A DNA stretch of 31,125 nt from Bryobacteraceae bacterium. Its GTDB lineage: Bacteria > Acidobacteriota > Terriglobia > Bryobacterales > Bryobacteraceae. Made by a program: the position numbers and the translations under genes. Below, in pieces: positions 25,064 through 31,125 of the stretch. The DNA lies in assembly GCA_049521275.1 (NCBI GenBank), contig JBEKOZ010000008.1, forward strand, positions 1 to 31,125. The letters are read 5' to 3'. The stretch's first letter is position 1, and each line of letters begins with the position of its first letter. The notes beneath the pieces were generated by a model that was not told where the DNA came from, searched no databases, and saw nothing but the letters and a program-made list of their open reading frames with translations.

Positions 25064-26461
25064 TCATTTAAGGGCTATTAAGCGCGTGGAATCCCACCCT
25101 CCACCAAGCGCCTTGATCAATAATACGCTCGCGTCCAGGCGCCGCCGCATCAAATCGATCTCCGCGCGCTCATTCAACAAAGCGGCCGTTTGCCAGGTAA
25201 CTACCTGTAAATACGTGTCCACGCCGCCCTCATAGCGCGTTTGAAACAGATCGAGCGACTGTTCTGCCGACGCCGTGGCGTCTTTCTGCTGCTGCGTTTC
25301 CGTTTCCAAAACACGCAAAGCGGCTAAGTTATCTTCAACTTGCTGAAATGCGGTGAGAGCGGTTTGGCGATAATTGGCGACCGCGGCATCGTAGTTTTCA
25401 AGAGCAATTTGGGAAGTCGCGCGGCGGCGTCCTCCGTCGAAAATGGTCTGTGCCAGTGTCGGCCCGACGGCCCACATGGCGCCGGGCCAGAAACCGCCCG
25501 CCACACCGCCCAGCGCGCTTAGGCTAACTTCAGGATAATAAGCGGCTTTTGCGATTCCGATCTGCTCGTTGGCGGCAGCCATCCGCCGTTCCTCGGCGGC
25601 GATGTCGGGACGGCGCTCCAGCAGTTGGGAGGGCACGGCGCCGGGAATATCGGGAATCGCGGCGGAAACTGCTGCAGGCGGTAAGGTCAGGTCGGCAGGC
25701 GGTTTGCCGGTCAGAATCGCGATGGCGTGTTCGTATTCGGCGCGCATCACGCCGACGTCGGTCTGTTGGACACGCGCGGTGTCGAGTTGCGTTCGGGCCT
25801 GCGTCACATCGGATTCCGGAGCAGCCCCGCCTTCGAAGCGATCTTGCGTTAATTGAAGAGCTTGCGTATAAGCTTTAATGGTTTCGTTGAGCAACTTGGT
25901 TTGCGCGTCGGCGCTCCTAAGTTCGAAATAATCAACTGCGAGTTCGGCGTGCAGACTGAGCCGGGCGTTTTCGAGATCCGCGGCGCTGGCTTGGGCCTGC
26001 TCGCGGGCCGAGGTGACGCCGCGGCGCAGGCGGCCCCAGAGGTCGAGCTCCCATCCTAAGTCGATAGGAAGACTGATGCTTCCCGGACCAGCTTGAACAG
26101 TTTGGCCACTCGCGGTTTGTCCTACGGTTTCATGCACCGCGGCGATCCCAGGCTCGGTGCCGATGGTGGGCTTGAGCTGCGCACGGCTAAACAGGATGGC
26201 GGCGCGGGCGGCGCGATAGTTTGCTTCAGCGGCTTTCAGTGTTTGATTCGCCGAGTCGACTTGAATTTCGAGCGCGTTGAGCTGCGGGTCCTGGAACATG
26301 GTCCACCAGTCGCCACGCAATGCCTGGTCGTTGGGTGTCGCGGTTTTCCAGCCATCGCCTTCTTTGAAGGCTGGGGCAATGGGAACGTCTGGCTTCACGT
26401 ATTTCGGGCCGACCATGCAGCCGCCCAGGAGGAGCATCAAGGGGAATATGAGGTATTTCAT
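25064..26461 (-). CDS. RND efflux outer-membrane factor (NodT/OprM-like lipoprotein)
   Basis: Lipobox LLGGC-MVGPKY, WW..FQDPQL, WELDLWGRLRR, PSQLLERRPDIAAEERR, LIKALGGGW. Confidence 0.95.
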   Translation of the reverse strand: MKYLIFPLMLLLGGCMVGPKYVKPDVPIAPAFKEGDGWKTATPNDQALRGDWWTMFQDPQLNALEIQVDSANQTLKAAEANYRAARAAILFSRAQLKPTIGTEPGIAAVHETVGQTASGQTVQAGPGSISLPIDLGWELDLWGRLRRGVTSAREQAQASAADLENARLSLHAELAVDYFELRSADAQTKLLNETIKAYTQALQLTQDRFEGGAAPESDVTQARTQLDTARVQQTDVGVMRAEYEHAIAILTGKPPADLTLPPAAVSAAIPDIPGAVPSQLLERRPDIAAEERRMAAANEQIGIAKAAYYPEVSLSALGGVAGGFWPGAMWAVGPTLAQTIFDGGRRRATSQIALENYDAAVANYRQTALTAFQQVEDNLAALRVLETETQQQKDATASAEQSLDLFQTRYEGGVDTYLQVVTWQTAALLNERAEIDLMRRRLDASVLLIKALGGGWDSTRLIALK

Positions 26462-27570
26462 AGCGTGTGTACCAAAGTTCCATTGGTTAACGAATCCGAT
26501 GGATCGACAACTATCGAGTCTTTCACGGTCAGGCCGGAGAGGATTTCTACCGCGTTTCCGAAATCGTGGCCGATCGAGACCGGCATCAGCTGGATGCGGC
26601 CGTTGCGGACTACGCCGACGCGCAATCCTTCGGAGCGGAATAAAAGGGTGTTAGAGGGAATGGTGACCGAATGCGATGCACCCGGCGTTCGGAAGTGAAC
26701 GAAGAGATATGCGCCCGGTAGCAGACGGCCGGTGGAATTGTCGACGTCCACTTCGACGTTCAGAGTGCGCGTGGTCTGGTCGATGGCGTTCGAGTTGCGC
26801 ACGATGGTGCCGGTGAAGATCTGGCCTGGATAGGCATCCTGCGTAAGCGTGACCCTGGCTCCGTTCTGGACCGCCGCGGCGTCCACTTCCGGAACTGATG
26901 TGTATACGCGAAGCTGCTGGATGGAAGCCAGGTGAAAGAGCTCTTTGGATGCTCCCGCGTTAATTAACGCTCCGATATCGGTGTTGCGGGCGGTGATGAC
27001 GCCGTCAAAAGGGGCTGTCACTTTTTCAAAATCCTGCAACTGCTTCAGACGGCGAACATTGGCCTCATTGGCGGCGACCATGGCTTGTTTGCCGACGAAA
27101 TCGCTTTTCGCCTGATCGGCTTCCTGCATGGAAACGGCGCGTTTCGCGACCAGTTTCTGCCAGCGGTTGTTGGTGATGTCGGCGATTTCGAGCGTGGCTC
27201 GCGCGCTGTTCAGATCGGCCTCGGCCTGCTGGAGCTGCTGGTCCAGTTCCGGAGTTTCGATTTCCGCCAGCAATTGTCCTTGTTGCACGCGCGCGCCGAT
27301 GTCGACATGCCATGCCTTGAGGTAACCGTTGGTGCGGGCGTAGATGGGCGTATCGGTGAACGCCTGCGCGTTGCCGGGCAGCACGATTTCCTGGGACGGA
27401 GAGCCGAGTGTGGGATGCACGACCGCGACCGATGGAATGGCCGCGGCGTCGGTCTGGGTAGTCAGAGCCGCTTCGGCGTCGACGCGCGATCCGATGCCGC
27501 GGTAGACGATCAGGCCGATCAATAGCGCCACTGCCGCGGTGAATGCGAAGATGCCTTTATTGTTTTTCAT
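26458..27570 (-). CDS. RND efflux periplasmic adaptor (MFP)
   Basis: N-terminal TM, IYARTNGYL, GARVQQGQLLAEIETPELD, APFDGVIT, TRTLNVEVDV, LLPG motifs. Confidence 0.95.
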   Translation of the reverse strand: MKNNKGIFAFTAAVALLIGLIVYRGIGSRVDAEAALTTQTDAAAIPSVAVVHPTLGSPSQEIVLPGNAQAFTDTPIYARTNGYLKAWHVDIGARVQQGQLLAEIETPELDQQLQQAEADLNSARATLEIADITNNRWQKLVAKRAVSMQEADQAKSDFVGKQAMVAANEANVRRLKQLQDFEKVTAPFDGVITARNTDIGALINAGASKELFHLASIQQLRVYTSVPEVDAAAVQNGARVTLTQDAYPGQIFTGTIVRNSNAIDQTTRTLNVEVDVDNSTGRLLPGAYLFVHFRTPGASHSVTIPSNTLLFRSEGLRVGVVRNGRIQLMPVSIGHDFGNAVEILSGLTVKDSIVVDPSDSLTNGTLVHTL

Positions 27571-30500
27571 GATTCAAATTCCTCCCATGAATGAGCGCGA
27601 AGACCGACGGCACGAAGACCAGTGTGGCCACGGTTGCGCACAGTAATCCGCCGATGACAGCGCGTCCCAGAGGCGCATTCTGCTCGCCGCCATCCCCCAG
27701 GCCGAGGGCCATGGGAACCATGCCGATGATCATGGCAAGCGCGGTCATCAGGACGGGACGAAAACGCGTGGCGCCTGCCTGGAGAGCTGCGCGAACAGCG
27801 TCGCCATGTTCGGCGAGCTGCTGCTTGGCGAAAGAAACCACCAGAATGCTGTTGGCGGTGGCGACGCCCATGCACATGATGGCTCCCATCAAGGCGGGGA
27901 CGCTCAGCGTGGTGCGGGTGACGAAGAGGAACAGAACGATGCCCGCGAGCGCCGCCGGCAGGGCCGTGACGATGATGAACGGATCCAGCCAGGACTGAAA
28001 ATTCACGACGATCAGCAGGTAGACCAGCACGATGGCGAAGGCCAGTCCGGCCAGCAGCGCGACATAGGAGCTGCGCATGGTGTCGATCTGCCCGTGAAGC
28101 GACACGAAGGTTCCGCGCGGCAGGGAGCCTTTGCTCGCGTCGATAATTTTCTCTACATCGCGGCCAGCTGCGCCGAGGTCGCGGCCCTGCACCGCGCCGT
28201 AAATGTCGACCACGCGGCGGATGTTGTAGTGATTGACGACGGCCATTTCGTGATTTCTTTTGAGCGACGCGATATCAGCCAGAATTTCCTGTGTGGCCCC
28301 AGCACTCACGCCCGCGGTGCTGCGATTGATGGGAATATTCTGCAAGTCCGCGATGGCGTCCATCTTGTATTGGGGCGTCTGCGCGACCAGGTTATAGTTC
28401 ACGGCGTTCTGCCAATTCAAAAAGAACATCGGCGTCACCTGGAAGCTGCCGGACAGAGTGTTCAGGACGCTGGTCGTCACATCGTGCTCCGTAAAACCGC
28501 CCTGCGACGCTTTGGTGCGGTCGACGGCGATGTCGAGCGTGGGGTAATCGAAGGGCTGCTGGACGCGAACGTCGGTTAATCCGGGAACGCGGCGAAGCTT
28601 GGCCAGCATGGCGTTGGCGAGTTCATAGCTCTTATTGACGTCGTTGCCTTCGAATTGAACGTCGAGCGGCGCGGGCAAACCGAAGTTCAGGATCTGCGTG
28701 GTGATGTCGGCGGGCAGAAAATAGAAGGTCGCTCCGGGGAAGGCTCGCGGCAGTTTGGTGCGCAGCGCGCGGACGTAATCGGCGGTTGGCCGGTGATTTT
28801 CCTTTAATGACACCATCACGTCGGCGTCGCCCGCGCCCAGCATGCCGTTGGTGAGGTGCTGGGTGTTCATGGTGCTGTAGGGCAGGCCGATGTTGTCCAG
28901 AATATTGTCCAGTTCGGAAGCTGGGATCTGACGGCGGATGAAGGTTTCGACCAGATCGCACAGCCTGGCCGTTTCTTCAATGCGGCGGCCGGAGGGAGCG
29001 CGCACGTGCAGAATGAATTGGCCGCTATCGGTGGCGGGGAAAAAATCCTGGCCCAGCCACGGGACGAGAAGGAAGGCGCACATGCAGGGCGCGAGGAAGA
29101 GGGGGATAAAAATGCGGCGATGCTCGACCAGTTGCTCCAGCGTGCGCTGGTAGGCGGCGCGGAGGCGTTCGAAGGCTCGGTTGAAGGATTGTTGAAAGAG
29201 GGTGAGAATGTTGTGCGAACCGGAGAGGTGGTTCTTGACGCGCAGAAGGTACATGGCGAGCGTGGGCACCAGCGTTCGGGACAAGATGTAGGACGCGAGC
29301 ATCGCGAACACTACGGCTTCGGCCAAGGGGACGAACAGGTAGCGGGCTACGCCACTGAGAAAGAACATGGGCAGGAACACGATGCAGATGCACAGCGTCG
29401 AGACCAGGGCCGGGACGGAAATCTGCGAGGCGCCTTCGAGAATCGCGTCGCGCAGCTCGTGACCTTCTTCGAGAAAACGCTCGATATTTTCAATGGTCAC
29501 GGTCGCGTCGTCGACCAGAATGCCGACCGCCAGAGCCAGCCCGCCGAGGGTCATGGTGTTGATGGTCTCGCCCAGAAAACTGAGTACGATTACCGAGGTG
29601 AGAATCGAAAGAGGAATGGAAACGGCGATGATCAGAGTGCTGCGCCAGCTGCCCAGGAACAGCAGAATCATCAGGCCGGTGAGGGCGGCGGCGATGACCG
29701 CTTCGCGAATGACGCCCGAAACCGCGGCGCGGACGAAAATCGACTGGTCGCCGAGCGGAACCATGCGCAGATCCGGCGGAGCGATGCTCGCCACGCGCGG
29801 CAGCAGGTTGCGAACGCCCTTTACGACATCGAGCGTGGAAGCGTTTCCGCTCTTCAGGACGGTGACGAGAACGCCGCGATGGCTGTCCTGACGCACGATG
29901 TTGGTCTGCACCTGAAAACTGTCGCTGACGCTGGCCAGATCGCGGAGATAAATGGTGGTGCCGGGCACCTGTTTGATGGGCAGATTGCCGAGCTGGTCGA
30001 CGGTGCGCGGCGTACCGTTGGTGCGGACGTCGTACTCGCTCTCCCCGATCTTGATGGTGCCTGACGGCATCACGACATTCTGTAAGGAGACGGCGTTCAA
30101 AATATCGCCCGGCGCGATGCCCTTCGACTGCATCGCATTCTGATCCATGTTGATGGTGACCTGGCGTTGCTTGCCGCCATAAGGCGAGGGCACCACCGCG
30201 CCCGGAACCGTGACCAGCTGCGTGCGCACGGTGTTGGTGGCGATGTCGTTCAGCTCCTGCTCCGAGAGGTTCTTACCGGACAGGCCGATTTGAAGAATCG
30301 GCACCGATGACGCGCTGAAGTTAATAATCTGCGGCGGAAGGGTTCCCGGAGGAAGCTGGCGGACCAGGAATTGCGAAGCGGCGGTGATTTGCGCGTTGGC
30401 GGTATCGAGACTGGCGCCGGGCTGGAGGAAGATCTTGACCACCGACATGCCGTTGTAGGTGGTGGATTCAATGTGCTGAATGTTGTCGACCAGCGTGGTA

Positions 30501-30712
30501 AGCGACTTTTCGTAAGGCGTGGTCAGGCGCCCTTCCAGCTCCTCCGGATTGAGGCCGGTGTAGGTCCAGCCGACCGAGACGACGGGAATATTGATGTTGG
30601 GGAAAATATCGGTCGGCGTGCGGAGGATGACGACGGGGCTCAGCAGGATGATGAGCAGGGCAAGAACGATGAACGTATACGGGCGATTTAACGCAACTTT
30701 TACAATCCACAT
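27557..30712 (-). CDS. RND efflux permease (AcrB/AcrD/AcrF family), 1051 aa
   Basis: Start ATG at 30712 (MWIVKVALNRPYTF) with AGGAG RBS. GILVDDATVTIENI, ANSILVVSFA, RFRPVLMTALAMIIGMVPMALG motifs. Confidence 0.96.
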   Translation of the reverse strand: MWIVKVALNRPYTFIVLALLIILLSPVVILRTPTDIFPNINIPVVSVGWTYTGLNPEELEGRLTTPYEKSLTTLVDNIQHIESTTYNGMSVVKIFLQPGASLDTANAQITAASQFLVRQLPPGTLPPQIINFSASSVPILQIGLSGKNLSEQELNDIATNTVRTQLVTVPGAVVPSPYGGKQRQVTINMDQNAMQSKGIAPGDILNAVSLQNVVMPSGTIKIGESEYDVRTNGTPRTVDQLGNLPIKQVPGTTIYLRDLASVSDSFQVQTNIVRQDSHRGVLVTVLKSGNASTLDVVKGVRNLLPRVASIAPPDLRMVPLGDQSIFVRAAVSGVIREAVIAAALTGLMILLFLGSWRSTLIIAVSIPLSILTSVIVLSFLGETINTMTLGGLALAVGILVDDATVTIENIERFLEEGHELRDAILEGASQISVPALVSTLCICIVFLPMFFLSGVARYLFVPLAEAVVFAMLASYILSRTLVPTLAMYLLRVKNHLSGSHNILTLFQQSFNRAFERLRAAYQRTLEQLVEHRRIFIPLFLAPCMCAFLLVPWLGQDFFPATDSGQFILHVRAPSGRRIEETARLCDLVETFIRRQIPASELDNILDNIGLPYSTMNTQHLTNGMLGAGDADVMVSLKENHRPTADYVRALRTKLPRAFPGATFYFLPADITTQILNFGLPAPLDVQFEGNDVNKSYELANAMLAKLRRVPGLTDVRVQQPFDYPTLDIAVDRTKASQGGFTEHDVTTSVLNTLSGSFQVTPMFFLNWQNAVNYNLVAQTPQYKMDAIADLQNIPINRSTAGVSAGATQEILADIASLKRNHEMAVVNHYNIRRVVDIYGAVQGRDLGAAGRDVEKIIDASKGSLPRGTFVSLHGQIDTMRSSYVALLAGLAFAIVLVYLLIVVNFQSWLDPFIIVTALPAALAGIVLFLFVTRTTLSVPALMGAIMCMGVATANSILVVSFAKQQLAEHGDAVRAALQAGATRFRPVLMTALAMIIGMVPMALGLGDGGEQNAPLGRAVIGGLLCATVATLVFVPSVFALIHGRNLNHEKQ

Positions 30713-30793
30713 CGGCTGACCGCTCCTAGCTGGTCTCACAACTTTGGATGGGCGCGAGGCGATATGGACTCCTAGTTCGTTCCGGCAGCTAGC

Positions 30794-30808
30794 ATCGGAA
30801 AAACCGAT
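30794..30808. promoter_or_regulatory. LysR-type recognition site (T-N11-A within a perfect dyad)
   Basis: ATCGG-AAAAA-CCGAT, 18 bp upstream of the LysR start, in the 113-bp divergent gap to the RND operon. Confidence 0.7.
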
Positions 30809-30825
30809 AGATATAAAATGGCCGG

Positions 30826-31125
30826 ATGGAGCTGCGGCACCTTCGCTATTTCAAGGCGGTTGCGGAACAAGGTTCGTTTAGCGGGGCGGCGCGCGGGATT
30901 TATGTGTCGCAATCGGCGCTGAGCGAACAGATCGCCGACCTGGAAAGAGAGCTGGGCGTGCCATTGTTCGACCGGAGCGGGCGGAAGCTTCGCCTGACGG
31001 TGCACGGGGAGATTTTTCTACGGGAATCGAACAAGGTGCTGGAGGGGTCCGAGCGCGCGGTTGCGATGGCGCGCAGATCGTTCCGCGGAGAGGTGGGAAC
31101 GCTGCGGATTGGATTTTTCGCCGCC
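30826..31125 (+). CDS. LysR-family transcriptional regulator, N-terminal 100 codons (truncated by window edge; absent from the ORF track)
   Basis: MELRHLRYFKAVAEQGSFSGAARGIYVSQSALSEQIADLERELGVPLFDRSGRKLRLT...GTLRIGF. Confidence 0.96.
   Translation, partial: MELRHLRYFKAVAEQGSFSGAARGIYVSQSALSEQIADLERELGVPLFDRSGRKLRLTVHGEIFLRESNKVLEGSERAVAMARRSFRGEVGTLRIGFFAA

Noticed and set aside
27806-30064. Plus-strand ORFs of 257 aa and 402 aa within the RND permease
   Set aside because: Antisense shadows of a clearly identified gene.

Overview
GC-rich bacterial chromosomal segment, probably Acidobacteriota (Solibacter/Bryobacter-like). That assignment is inferred from the nuo layout, the protein styles and the REP-like repeats, not from a database search. 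Left: 3' part of a complex I operon (nuoG'-H-J-K-L-M-N, with no nuoI between H and J). It is followed by two tandem 52/53-aa minimal PEP-CTERM genes, a sterol-desaturase-family gene, a coupled LON-N/HAD pair, a shikimate kinase broken by an internal deletion, a nested REP/MITE structure, a MOFRL glycerate kinase, a Tat-signal HD-domain protein and a membrane protein of unknown function. Centre: a coupled nucleotidyltransferase-wHTH + UvrA-paralogue pair with a candidate LexA box. Directly upstream is an orphan T6SS spike module: extended VgrG, a stand-alone spike-tip-like protein, a DUF6931-like protein, a PAAR/DUF6931 deletion scar, PAAR, and a C39-peptidase/Cys-rich protein. Right: a LysR-divergent RND efflux operon with an aldo-keto reductase and a beta-hydroxyacid dehydrogenase. 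Best candidates for undescribed biology: (i) the apparently split VgrG spike with a possible Gly-Gly processing peptidase, (ii) the NTase-UvrA pair, (iii) the signal-peptide/PEP-CTERM micro-peptides.
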